From positions 384,001 to 448,000 of the forward strand of contig CAVUZH010000003.1 in the NCBI GenBank assembly GCA_963745835.1: a stretch of DNA of 64,000 nt, written 5' to 3'. This DNA is from an uncultured delta proteobacterium (GTDB taxonomy: Bacteria > Desulfobacterota > Binatia > UBA9968). The notes below the pieces were generated by a model. The model did no database searches. It worked only from the letters and a program-made list of their open reading frames with translations, and was not told the origin of the DNA. This document shows positions 49,677 through 59,426 of the stretch, in pieces. The translations under genes were made by a program, and so were the position numbers. The stretch's first letter is position 1, and every line of letters begins with the position of its first letter.

Positions 49677-50138
49677 TCAAAATCCCCAGCGACCGACGGG
49701 TAAAGAAACATCAAGCGCCATGACAAAGAGGAAATGGAATCCCACGGCGAGACCGATGGCTACGCCGGCTGAGAGCAAAAGAGGGCGACGGTCTAAAGCG
49801 ACGATGAGAAACATGGTAAGAAAAACGAAACTAGCACTAAAACCGATCCAACCGAGAAGAGCGATAGCCACCATCAGACCAAACCAGCCGGCCAAAGCCC
49901 TGCCGCTGGCTTGCCAGGATGAGGAGTCACTCGGGGATTCTTTTTTCAAAACCGAAACGGACGAGAGCATCAGATAACTGGCAAAAATCATCAACCCGAT
50001 ACCAAGCCACAGCGGGAAAAAGCCGGGGCCCGGACCAACCTCAGAGACATAGGGCAGTTTGGACGCCACAGAGATCACATAGAGTCCAAAAGCCGCCAGA
50101 CAGGCTCCAGAGATGAGATTTCCTTTATTTTTTTTCAC
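49677..50138 (-). CDS. tctB: Tripartite tricarboxylate transporter small subunit
   Basis: GPGPGFFP, four TM segments, LDVSLP. Confidence 0.88.
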   Translation of the reverse strand: MKKNKGNLISGACLAAFGLYVISVASKLPYVSEVGPGPGFFPLWLGIGLMIFASYLMLSSVSVLKKESPSDSSSWQASGRALAGWFGLMVAIALLGWIGFSASFVFLTMFLIVALDRRPLLLSAGVAIGLAVGFHFLFVMALDVSLPVGRWGF

Positions 50139-50386
50139 AGAACGGCTTCGGTGTTCAAAGGCATTGAATTTTCCTTAGGTTAGCGGCTGGCATCTGAGCT
50201 GAGGTAATTAGCAGTTGCAGAACATCTGTTGCAAACTGCTCGAGGAGTTTCAGAGGTAGGGTGTGGACCGTGATCATTCCGTGAGACGTGACCGTAAAAC
50301 GTGCATAAGCACGACCACGTCAGACGAACACGAATTCGAGCCAGTCGATTGAGCGCAGCGATGTGTCAAGACCTTTCGGTGGCCTA

Positions 50387-50779
50387 TTAGGATTTTGGCG
50401 GTGCCTGTTTATATCTCGCCTTGGGCACGATCTCAGCGACTGTCCCGCCAGGAGCGCGAAACTTGATGGGGATCACTCCTGGATCGCTGATCAATTCGCA
50501 GCCGAACTTCTCCAGGTCAGCAGCCGATTGCTTGATATCGTCGACCTCGATCGCAAAATGATGGATGCACGGTCCGAGCCCTGAAGCGCGTGCCTCGGCC
50601 GAGTCTTCGTTGTCGTACTTGATCAGGGCGAGATCGATTGCACCGTCGGTTAAATGGCGTGACGTGTGATCTCTCACCTGGCCTGTTTCTACTTCGACGA
50701 AGCCAAAACTCTTTTCGTAGAACTGTGTTGCCTTTTCCAGATCGTCGACTTTAAGCGCGATGTGAACGATTCGAGCCAT
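50387..50779 (-). CDS. VOC/glyoxalase family protein
   Basis: HIALKV, FYEKSFG, HHFAIEV; GAGGAGG RBS. Confidence 0.88.
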   Translation of the reverse strand: MARIVHIALKVDDLEKATQFYEKSFGFVEVETGQVRDHTSRHLTDGAIDLALIKYDNEDSAEARASGLGPCIHHFAIEVDDIKQSAADLEKFGCELISDPGVIPIKFRAPGGTVAEIVPKARYKQAPPKS

Positions 50780-50934
50780 GATTCCTCCTCTGTGGTCGTC
50801 CGACCTCTAACACGGCAGGGATAGGTGATTCAACATTTCACCTTAGCGACAATCACGCAGGCCCTGCGCGGGTGCGATTTATAATCTGACGTTAAACTCT
50901 GAACCGTTGAAGCTTGAACGGTTTGACCGACCAA

Positions 50935-51918
50935 TCACCGTCTAGCTTTCTCAGCAAACCTCCAGTCATGGACCCGTTGAGCCTGAGCTCCGCTTTTCTC
51001 CTTTTCCTTGGCTCTAAACGTTCCGACGGCTATCCATTCCTCTACCACGGAGTTCGGGACGCTGAGCTCGGGATTATACTGCTCGCGATACAGCGCATAG
51101 AATTTTTCTGCAGCGCTACGGTCTAATTTCAGGGTCTTCTCCATCAGCCCGATGCCGATCTCGCGTTCGCTTTGGATGAACAAAGTTGACGCCCTAAGCG
51201 CTCTTAACACCCGGACAATTTCATCCGGCTGTTTGTCGATTTTTCTTTGCGAGGTGCTGATTCCGGTAATCGGTATCTTTACGAGCTCGGCCATCTCGCT
51301 GACCGAGACCAGCGTCTTGAATCCTTTCTGCTCGGCAAAGTATTCAAACGGGCTGCCGACAACTGTGGCATCGACCGCCCGGCTAATCAGCGCGGCGAAT
51401 CGGGCGTCGGGAGTTCCGCTGATAGTCTGCAACGTCACATCCTTGTCGGGATCCAGACCGCTTCGGCTCAACGCCGTATAGATTGCAAAATCGGCTGAGC
51501 TACCGAATGAATTGATCGCGATTCTTTTGCCTTTGAGCCCTTTCAGGCTACTAATCTCCGGGCTCGAGATAATCGCGTAGCCGCTCGATTTCGCCCCCGA
51601 CGCAACTATCTTCACCGGAAGTCCGCGGACCGCGGCTCCGGCAATAAAAGGCAGGATCGTGACATAATCGATTTCATCCGCCATCAGAGCGCTGAGCATC
51701 AGGGTCGTTCCTCGCATGGTAATCAGCCTGACATTGAGCCCTTCCTTTTCGAAGAACTTCCTGTCGACCGCCACCTGATAAGGGAGCGAGCTCCAGTTAG
51801 ACCCACCGGTCCAACCGATATTGATCGGTTTGCTTTCTGCGCTTGCCGCATCGGTAGCAAATCCAAATACCAGGAGAGATGACACGACGAGTACACTAAC
51901 AAGAACCTTGGAGTTCAT
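50935..51918 (-). CDS. ABC substrate-binding protein, SsuA/THI5-like
   Basis: Signal peptide from ATG 51918, FFEKEGLNV, LKGKRIAINSFGSSAD. Confidence 0.86.
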   Translation of the reverse strand: MNSKVLVSVLVVSSLLVFGFATDAASAESKPINIGWTGGSNWSSLPYQVAVDRKFFEKEGLNVRLITMRGTTLMLSALMADEIDYVTILPFIAGAAVRGLPVKIVASGAKSSGYAIISSPEISSLKGLKGKRIAINSFGSSADFAIYTALSRSGLDPDKDVTLQTISGTPDARFAALISRAVDATVVGSPFEYFAEQKGFKTLVSVSEMAELVKIPITGISTSQRKIDKQPDEIVRVLRALRASTLFIQSEREIGIGLMEKTLKLDRSAAEKFYALYREQYNPELSVPNSVVEEWIAVGTFRAKEKEKSGAQAQRVHDWRFAEKARR

Positions 51919-52060
51919 TGGTCTTCCTTCCATCGAAGTCTCAACAGCAGCAGTGCTCGAGTCAAACCGCTTGATTGGGACATTCCAAACCGCGCTAGCG
52001 ATCAAGAATGCGTAACAACGATAAGATGGAGCTCATGACTGAAACTCTCTGCTGCAAAAC

Positions 52061-52090
52061 CTTATAGAAGAGAAGCTATTTCGCAGTCAA
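52061..52090 (-). promoter_or_regulatory. Sigma70-type promoter candidate for the SBP gene
   Basis: TTGACT-18bp-TATAAG. Confidence 0.45.
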
Positions 52091-52516
52091 TGAAGAACAT
52101 CGACATCTTCGTGGGCATATCTATGATCCTGCTCCAGAGACAGAGGCCATTCTTCTGGAACTCGAAAGATCGGCGCAGCTCGATCTCATAAGAGGCATTC
52201 CCCTAGGCGGGATTGAGCCAGTCACCATCCCGGTCTGGCTCGCGCTCGGAGAGAGTCCCAATTGCTGCGCGGGCAGCTTCATTCGTACGCCGGGGGTTGA
52301 AGCGGCCGAAACCGCGCCCGGCAGCCGACAGAAGTGATCCGATGCAGGCGAGGATCATGTCGGCACTGCCATAAGGCGTATAACGATGAACGAGGTTTAC
52401 CGCTGGCTTCTGTGCAAGCAATTACACTAGCCCGCCGGTCGATTGCTTGAGTCCTAGACGTTGGTGCAATGTCGTGAATCAACAAGGCTCTCGCAGGCGA
52501 GCCCTCAATGGGATAG

Positions 52517-52870
52517 CTAGCGTCGCCATTCGAGGGCGGTTTCGAGCTCTTGCAACTGGACTGGTTTTTCCAAATATAGAGCGCCCAAAGAGTTGGCTTT
52601 ACTTTTAATCTCTTCGGAGCCGCGGCCCGTAATCAGGATCGCTTTTATTCTACGGGTAATTGTCTTCAGAGCATCCAACACGTCGATACCGTTTAGCTTT
52701 CCGGACAGATTCAAATCGCTTATCACAACATCGAAGTGCATTGTCGACAACAACTCGAGGGCTGCCTCGCCGTTTTCCGCCTCGTGAACCTCGTACCCTG
52801 ACAGTCTAAGAAAATTCGCAATACTGCGGCGCGATACAGCATCGTCTTCGACGAAGAGGATGACAGCCAT
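52517..52870 (-). CDS. Single-domain response regulator (receiver)
   Basis: ILFVEDD, VISD, ITG, EKP; GAGGAG RBS. Confidence 0.87.
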   Translation of the reverse strand: MAVILFVEDDAVSRRSIANFLRLSGYEVHEAENGEAALELLSTMHFDVVISDLNLSGKLNGIDVLDALKTITRRIKAILITGRGSEEIKSKANSLGALYLEKPVQLQELETALEWRR

Positions 52871-53399
52871 GGATGCAACTCCTCGGTAGAGGCAAAAGCA
52901 ATTTTTACGCCCTCTAGGCTCGCGCCTAATTGTTTAGGTTTTCCGGCTTTCGTAGCAAAAGGGGAGTTGCCCGTAGGCGCTTGACGTAGCAGAGCTGAAA
53001 CTGACCCAATATACCTTAGTTTCAGCCGCGGTACAGTTGTTGGCCGTTCACAACCTGACGCGATGTGCGGGAGAGCTGGTTGAGCGCATTAGTGACAACC
53101 AACCAGCCTTAGGCGCAAGCCGGTGCGGTATTTTGCGTCGATCTAGCTCGTCTTAACGTGAACGCGCAACAGCCTCTTACGGCTTCATGAATAGCAGCAT
53201 TTTAGGTGCGGTATTCACTTGTAGGCGACAAATTTGACGTCCTTTCATTCATCATTTCGTTGTATTTCCTAGAACATTACCCGGCCCGTTTGTTGCTCGC
53301 TCCTGTACCTTCTCAGAGGAGGACACCCCGTGTGGACGTTTACTGATGAGATTGGGCGTTAGAGAGCTTTCCGACGTATATCAAAGATATTAAGGCCGT

Positions 53400-53669
53400 A
53401 TGGTAGTTGTGATTGGACTTGCGCGCGCTGACTACGAGCAATTGCTGGAGAACGTTCCCGCGGAGGCTCCGGCTTTTGCCGTTCTCCGTCGCTGCCCGGA
53501 GCTCTCCCGATGGGGACGTGAAGAACCGCTCTTTAAATGTGTGATCGTCGAGTGCAATCCAGAAGAGGCATTAGTGCTCTTAGAAGCCGCCGAGCAGCAT
53601 TGTAGTAGAGCGGTAGCGGATATTGAGTATGGACTCAAGTTGTCCCGCGCCTTCCATTTGCTCAGTTGA
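53400..53669 (+). CDS. Hypothetical protein
   Basis: 89-aa ORF with a C..EEA..LLEAA..HC..AV pattern; no family recognised. Confidence 0.5.
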   Translation: MVVVIGLARADYEQLLENVPAEAPAFAVLRRCPELSRWGREEPLFKCVIVECNPEEALVLLEAAEQHCSRAVADIEYGLKLSRAFHLLS

Positions 53670-54048
53670 GTCGCAGTTGTTCAGAACTCGGTTCCAACAT
53701 CTCTCCAATTTTGGTCTGGAGATCGACACAGCTAAACGGTTTGACGATGTAGTCGTTACAGCCCGCTTCCAAGCAGGTTTTTAATTCATGAGGACGAAAC
53801 AGCGCAGTTGTTGCCAAGATCGGAATATTCTTCGTGTCAGGGTGAGTCCGCAGGGCTCTCGCCGCTTCCCAGCCGTCCATTACCGGCATCCTCATGTCCA
53901 TCAGGATCAATTGCGGCTTCTCTGCGATAGCTCTTTCCAGCCCTTCTTTGCCGTGGCGCGCGAGAACCGGGAGATAGAAGAGCCGCTCCACTATAAGACA
54001 CACTAGGTCGCGCATATCCGAATTATCTTCGACGATCAAAATCTTCAT
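53662..54048 (-). CDS. Single-domain response regulator (DivK/CheY-like)
   Basis: KILIVEDN, LMDMRMPVMDG, ATTA, AGCNDYIVKPF. Confidence 0.88.
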   Translation of the reverse strand: MKILIVEDNSDMRDLVCLIVERLFYLPVLARHGKEGLERAIAEKPQLILMDMRMPVMDGWEAARALRTHPDTKNIPILATTALFRPHELKTCLEAGCNDYIVKPFSCVDLQTKIGEMLEPSSEQLRLN

Positions 54049-54339
54049 TTTCTCACCGTTCGCTAGATTGTGATTGGCGTTATCTTCAACACGCCGAAAT
54101 TGCGGCGGCTTAGATATCACAAATAATTTTTATTTCAAGGGAAGCTAAGAGCCACCGTGAAGACGTCTTCTAAGAAGCAAATTCTCGCGATGCAGCGCGA
54201 AGCCGTTGCAGATTGCCGTCCATCGTGACGGGTGAGCTCTAGAATCCGTCCGACCGGCGCGCCACTTACACCGGCAGCGGCCATGCCAATTACAACCGTA
54301 AGAGTTTATCAGCCAAGAGACACTACGGTTATGCAGATA

Positions 54340-55731
54340 CTACATTAGGCAACTGCCTGGCAGTGAGCAGTTCATAATTTGATGCAGGTGGCGCTGAGGC
54401 ACGGTTCTGTGGGAAAAATAAAATAGGCGGATTTGGTGAAGAAAGATCAGGATAAGCGCGACAGGAGTTACGAAGCGGATCAAGAATGACCAGACGGCCA
54501 GGCGGACTGCGGTAACGTCGCTGGCGCTGAACTCGTCTTTGCGCTCATTGTGGGTCAGCGCCCAGCCGGTGAAAACCGCTATCAGCAGGGCGCCGATGGG
54601 CAAGAGATAATTTGTTGACAGCGCATCCATGACAGCCAGGAACTGTTCGCCAATGGCCGAAGGAATTCCCAGCAAGAAGATCGCGGTCCCCAAGGTCCAA
54701 CCGGCTGTGCTTCGGGACCAACCGTGTTCGTCGATGAAATAAGCTGAAGCGACCTCTAAGAGCGAAATCGATGAGGTGATGGCGGCGAAGCTGAGAAGAA
54801 TGAAAAACCCCAGAGCAACCCAATAACCTCCCGGCAGTTGAGCAAAGGCGATGGGCAGGGTGCGAAAGATCAACCCTGGGCCGGCGCCGGGCTCAAGACC
54901 GAAGCTAAACGCCAGCGGAAAAACGACGAAGCCGGCAAGGACTGCGACGAGCGTGTCGCCGGCCGCGATGAAAAACGTCGAGCTAACCAGATTGCTTCGC
55001 CGGGAAAGATAACTCCCATAAGTAATCATCGTCCCCATTCCTAGACTCAAAGAGAAAAGCGCCTGCCCGAGCGCTTCCAGCACGGCGGTGGGACCGATTT
55101 TTTGCCACTGGGGGCGCAGCAGGAACTCAAGTCCCGAGGCCGCGCCGCTGGTTTGCAGCGCATAGATCGACAAAACTATCAGCAATGCAAAGAGGAGCGG
55201 CATCATGATCTTATTGCCCGCTTCGAGGCCGCTCGATACTCCTTTGGTTACGATGACAATTGTGACGAGCATAAAAATCGCGAGCCAGAAGATTTGCAGG
55301 TCCGGATTGACGTTCATGCTGACGAAAATATCCGTGACCTGCTCGGTAGATTTGCCCGCAAACGAGTTGCTCAGCGAAAGATAGACATAGTGCAAGACCC
55401 AGCCGCCGACTACAGCATAATAGGAGAGGATCGTAAAAGCGCTAACGATGCCCAACCAGCCGGTGAGCACCCAGGGCGATCCGGGCCGGAGCTTTCTAAA
55501 CGCACCTACAGGATTGAGTTGAGTTTTTCTGCCGATGAGGAATTCGGCGATCATCAACGGGACGGCCACGGCAAGGACGCAACCGATATAAAGAAGAATA
55601 AACGCGGCGCCGCCATACTGCCCCGTGATATAGGGATAGCGCAATACGTTGCCCAGACCCACGGCGGATCCCATAGATGCCAGAACGAAGCCTGCGGCGC
55701 TCGACCAATTTCCCCGCGATGAAGTTTGCAC
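54340..55731 (-). CDS. Sodium-dependent transporter (NSS/SNF family)
   Basis: GSAVGLGN, GGAAF, FSLSLGMG, TYGSY, GPGLIF, TSSISLLE. Confidence 0.92.
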   Translation of the reverse strand: MQTSSRGNWSSAAGFVLASMGSAVGLGNVLRYPYITGQYGGAAFILLYIGCVLAVAVPLMIAEFLIGRKTQLNPVGAFRKLRPGSPWVLTGWLGIVSAFTILSYYAVVGGWVLHYVYLSLSNSFAGKSTEQVTDIFVSMNVNPDLQIFWLAIFMLVTIVIVTKGVSSGLEAGNKIMMPLLFALLIVLSIYALQTSGAASGLEFLLRPQWQKIGPTAVLEALGQALFSLSLGMGTMITYGSYLSRRSNLVSSTFFIAAGDTLVAVLAGFVVFPLAFSFGLEPGAGPGLIFRTLPIAFAQLPGGYWVALGFFILLSFAAITSSISLLEVASAYFIDEHGWSRSTAGWTLGTAIFLLGIPSAIGEQFLAVMDALSTNYLLPIGALLIAVFTGWALTHNERKDEFSASDVTAVRLAVWSFLIRFVTPVALILIFLHQIRLFYFSHRTVPQRHLHQIMNCSLPGSCLM

Positions 55732-55930
55732 CAGAGTCTCCTTGGGATGACGTTTGAAAAACTAAAAGAACTAACTTGATATGACAATTCCGATTTCGGC
55801 GGAATTTATAGCGGGCCCCATGAATCGACACATTAAGTCGTTGACCTTGAGACAAGGGTGGCAGGCGCCGCTTAAGTTCGTTCTCTTGTTGGCTGGTTTC
55901 TTGAGCTTGGAATTTCGGCGGTGCGATTCT

Positions 55931-56959
55931 TTATTTGAGAACTTCAGACATTCTCGCCACGGTGGCGGAATCGAGTTTGAAAAGGCCGGAAACTATTTTC
56001 TCGACCTCTTCTCCGCTCACCGGATCAACATCCAATTTAGACTTGACTGCTTCGGCTAAGAAATCTTTGTCCTTCATGGTCTGTGCAAAGGCCCGGCGCA
56101 GTATCTGAACACGATCCTTGGGGGTGCCCGGCGGCAAAGCATAGGGACGCGTAATCGCTGCCGTGTCATGGATGCCCGCCTGAATCAACTTTCGCGCCTC
56201 TTCTGTTTTTGCGAGCTCGATGGCCACAGGAACCTTTGGCAAATCAGGGACTGCTTTGGGCACCGCCTGCAGTACGATGTTGACATCGCCAGCATCGAGG
56301 CCCTGGCGCCACATTACTTTGATTGACTCCCAGGCCCAGCAACCGCCGTCAATTTCACCGCTCTCGGCGGCCAATTTAATCGGCGCCGTGCCTTTGTAAC
56401 CGGTCACCAGCTGGATCGGAAGTCCGAGAGTTGCCCTGATCAATTTAGCGCTATCGTCGTTGGTGGTGCCGGGAGCGCTGCCGCCCAATTTGACCGGAGT
56501 CTTCGACGACATCCACGCATCGACGCTGGTGATACCACTTGCCTTTGTCAGCGCGCAGACTACGTTGTCTTTTACCGGCACACCGATCCATTCAAATTTT
56601 CTCGCATCGAATTCGATTCCTTGGCCGCCGAAAAGTTGCTGCGAAATGAGGTTGCCGATAAAATTCCCGATCGTCAGTCCATCCGGCTTGGCGGCCTTGT
56701 AGACCGAGTTGGCGGCAACCAGACTGCCGGCTCCGGTCACGTTATCCACTACGACCGTCGGATTGCCGGGGATATATTTACTGATATGGCGGGCGATCGT
56801 ACGGGAATAGGTGTCGAAACCGCCGCCGGCCGGAAAGCCGACGAGGATGCGGATGGTCTTGCCTGTGTAGAAATCCTGCGCATAAGAACAATGCTCGAAA
56901 CTGAAAAACGAGGCAAGAAGAACTCCGATAAGGCTTAAGTAAAAAGTTACGGTCCTCAT
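55931..56959 (-). CDS. TctC-like substrate-binding protein (orphan)
   Basis: QDFYTGKTIRILVGFPAGGGFDTYSR, PGNP, PDGLT, PPGTPKDR. Confidence 0.85.
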   Translation of the reverse strand: MRTVTFYLSLIGVLLASFFSFEHCSYAQDFYTGKTIRILVGFPAGGGFDTYSRTIARHISKYIPGNPTVVVDNVTGAGSLVAANSVYKAAKPDGLTIGNFIGNLISQQLFGGQGIEFDARKFEWIGVPVKDNVVCALTKASGITSVDAWMSSKTPVKLGGSAPGTTNDDSAKLIRATLGLPIQLVTGYKGTAPIKLAAESGEIDGGCWAWESIKVMWRQGLDAGDVNIVLQAVPKAVPDLPKVPVAIELAKTEEARKLIQAGIHDTAAITRPYALPPGTPKDRVQILRRAFAQTMKDKDFLAEAVKSKLDVDPVSGEEVEKIVSGLFKLDSATVARMSEVLK

Positions 56960-57212
56960 GCGCGGTCTCCAATAGGTTAGACACCCTGCCGCGCTAACAG
57001 CAGCGCAGGTGATCGTTTCAGTTATTGGAAAGCGAACTGCGCGAAATATCACCCAGCCTCATGGAAGCTGTCAAGCGTAATCCGCCTGATGCGAGATCTC
57101 CCTTGATTATGAAAAGAAGTAACTGTCTGTGACGCGTGTCGGCGTCGTTGAATGTAGGATGTGAGGCTTGAAGGTTAATCGTTGGTACAGCGAAAACTCG
57201 ATCAGTCTCTCC

Positions 57213-57644
57213 TCATTCTCCGACTGAAAGGCGCCAGCAGCGGCGGCATTGGCGCGCGCCGAAAGCTTTACGCCCGCCGCACGACGGGCAACGGTACGAG
57301 CGGGGATCTTTCCTGGTCTTCTCCACCAACTTAAGCGGGCTCAGAGCCAAGCGCAATTCACGCACTTCTTTTTCATCCGCGCGTTCCGGGCACTCCCGAC
57401 CTCGCCGCAGCCAGGGCCAGTAAAGCAAAACGGCGCCGGGTTTAGTGAGGGTTACGACTTTGAATTGCTTGATGCTGCCGCAGCCGAATTGCTTTTGCAT
57501 TTCGGCGCACTTCATCAGCGCCATGCCGCTCATCTTCATAGGGCACCAGACCATTCCGGTCGGGTAACTCCACTCCTTCGCAACAATTCGCTCGACCGAG
57601 CGGCGCCTTTTAAACAGTTGCGCTTTTTTTATCATGCCGGACAT
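57213..57644 (-). CDS. Cys-rich basic hypothetical protein with a C-terminal zinc ribbon
   Basis: GGAG RBS; CPSCGG...CRRC plus four additional Cys. Confidence 0.6.
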   Translation of the reverse strand: MSGMIKKAQLFKRRRSVERIVAKEWSYPTGMVWCPMKMSGMALMKCAEMQKQFGCGSIKQFKVVTLTKPGAVLLYWPWLRRGRECPERADEKEVRELRLALSPLKLVEKTRKDPRSYRCPSCGGRKAFGARQCRRCWRLSVGE

Positions 57645-57756
57645 TTTGAAACTTTCTCCGTCTCAGTATGCGTAAAATCGTCGAGATCGCAAGCGCGAAG
57701 CAGGGCGGAAAGCAATACCAGCATGACCCTTTTTCGCCGCGCTCCACTGCTAGCCG

Positions 57757-59025
57757 CTAAATGCTGTTCAGCGAAGCATAAGACGGCTCGCGAGCCACGC
57801 ATGTTAGGGTGGCGGCGATCAGATAATTTGCGATGAACAATAGAAAAACAATTTGATAGCTACCGCTCATATCGAAAGCCAATCCTGCCATCAAAGCTCC
57901 GACGCCCAGCCCGCCCTTATGAAAAGGCTCAAGGACGCTGGTGATGGCGCCGAACGAGCGCCGTCCGAAATAACGGGCAAGTAGAACATGCATCAGAACA
58001 AAACCGCCACGCGCGCTCAATCCGAAGATGATTGAGAAAAAAAACGCCGCCGGCGCGCCGCGCACTTGCGTCAGCAACACCACGGCGGCAGCCGCAAGCA
58101 GCATAGTCGCTACGCCTAGAGTGCGGGGATGGAATTTTTCTGCCAGGGCTCCCCACAGGCCGCTACCGAATGCTCCTGTTAAGGCCATGACGCTCAGCGC
58201 CCCGGCGGCTAGCGCGGGCTGAATAGTCATGTCCGTAAAATAGGCCACCATGTGAAAAGCGATGCCGCCGGTGGAAAGCGAATAGAAGCTGGCAGCCGCG
58301 ACCAGGAGCCAGAGCGTTCGGGTGCGCATGGCATCTTTCAACGTCCAGCTCTGCTCGGTGGCCGCAGTGGGAGGCTCAGATTGCGGGTCGGCTTGCGGGG
58401 ATTTTACAGCCACCGGCAACGCTCCGTCGGGCAGCACTCCCATATCTTCTGGCTGGCGGCGTAAAAAAAACAGGCCTGGTAAAACCACAAACAGCCAGAG
58501 AGCAACGCCAAGCATCATAAATGCGCTACGCCAACCATAGGTTGCTATCATAAACTGGTAGAGCAGAGACAACACAAAAGATCCCAGCGGCACGGAGAGC
58601 GCGACCAAGCCGATAGCGCGGGGCCGCTTTGAGTAAAACCAATTGGTCACCGCAGTCATCGGCACGACACCTGTGAGCAACGTTTCAGCCAGCCCTCGCG
58701 CAGGGACAAAGGTCGCATAAAACTGCCAGGGCTCGTAGGTCAGGCTAAGGCACATGACGAATGTGCCGACTAAGGCGGCGCCGACGGGAAGGAGGATGCG
58801 CGGTCCTAGTCGATCCGCGAGGGGACCAATCAAAGGCGCCAAAAGGCCGCCCGCTACCGATCCGATGGTGATCGCCGAGGAAGTCAGAGTGCGACTCCAG
58901 CCAAGATCCTCAGTGATGGGCTTGAGAGCCACAGCCATGGTGACATTACTCACTCCCGAGCCTAAAAAGCCGGCGAGCATGGCGATGCCGACAATGATCC
59001 AGCCGTAAAAGAAAGGTAGTGTCAC
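57757..59025 (-). CDS. MFS transporter
   Basis: FYGWIIV, GWSRT, GPLADRLGPR, NWFYSKRPRA, YFGRRSFG. Confidence 0.9.
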   Translation of the reverse strand: MTLPFFYGWIIVGIAMLAGFLGSGVSNVTMAVALKPITEDLGWSRTLTSSAITIGSVAGGLLAPLIGPLADRLGPRILLPVGAALVGTFVMCLSLTYEPWQFYATFVPARGLAETLLTGVVPMTAVTNWFYSKRPRAIGLVALSVPLGSFVLSLLYQFMIATYGWRSAFMMLGVALWLFVVLPGLFFLRRQPEDMGVLPDGALPVAVKSPQADPQSEPPTAATEQSWTLKDAMRTRTLWLLVAAASFYSLSTGGIAFHMVAYFTDMTIQPALAAGALSVMALTGAFGSGLWGALAEKFHPRTLGVATMLLAAAAVVLLTQVRGAPAAFFFSIIFGLSARGGFVLMHVLLARYFGRRSFGAITSVLEPFHKGGLGVGALMAGLAFDMSGSYQIVFLLFIANYLIAATLTCVAREPSYASLNSI

Positions 59026-59426
59026 GGTTCGGCTTTAGCGATTGCGAGCGGCGGGTTTACCAACGCGATGGGAGCATATCGATGGCGCATCGAGCATTCT
59101 CCCCGGGTACACGTAAGTGAGGCCAAGTAAATCGCGGTATCAACAGCACTATGGCTCCATTGCGAGCAATGTTTGTGAGTGAATCTTCCGGCTCTATAAT
59201 CAGACGGAATTCCCAACCAAACCGCTTGCGGGGTTGGGGCAGATCGGGCGCGCGAACAGGTTGGTTCTCTTATTTCATCTTTCGGCAAAGAAAAAAAGAC
59301 ATGATCAACTTGACGTTATATCGATGAGAAGTCTTAGAAGCCGCCTTACATCAAGCACAGCCTTTTGTTAGTTTGGATGAAAGCACGCTACAAAATTCGC
59401 AGTCGAAATAGCTAAGGAGACTTCGT

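Noticed and set aside
54340-54420. Extra ~27-aa C-terminal tail on the NSS transporter
   Set aside because: Most simply a lost stop codon (TAT where homologues usually end); no evidence of recoding.
55732-55930. Riboswitch upstream of the NSS transporter
   Set aside because: No recognisable glycine, lysine, SAM, TPP or T-box consensus.
59026-59426. SOS box upstream of uvsE
   Set aside because: Only GAAC-N6-GTTC was found, which matches no LexA consensus I know.
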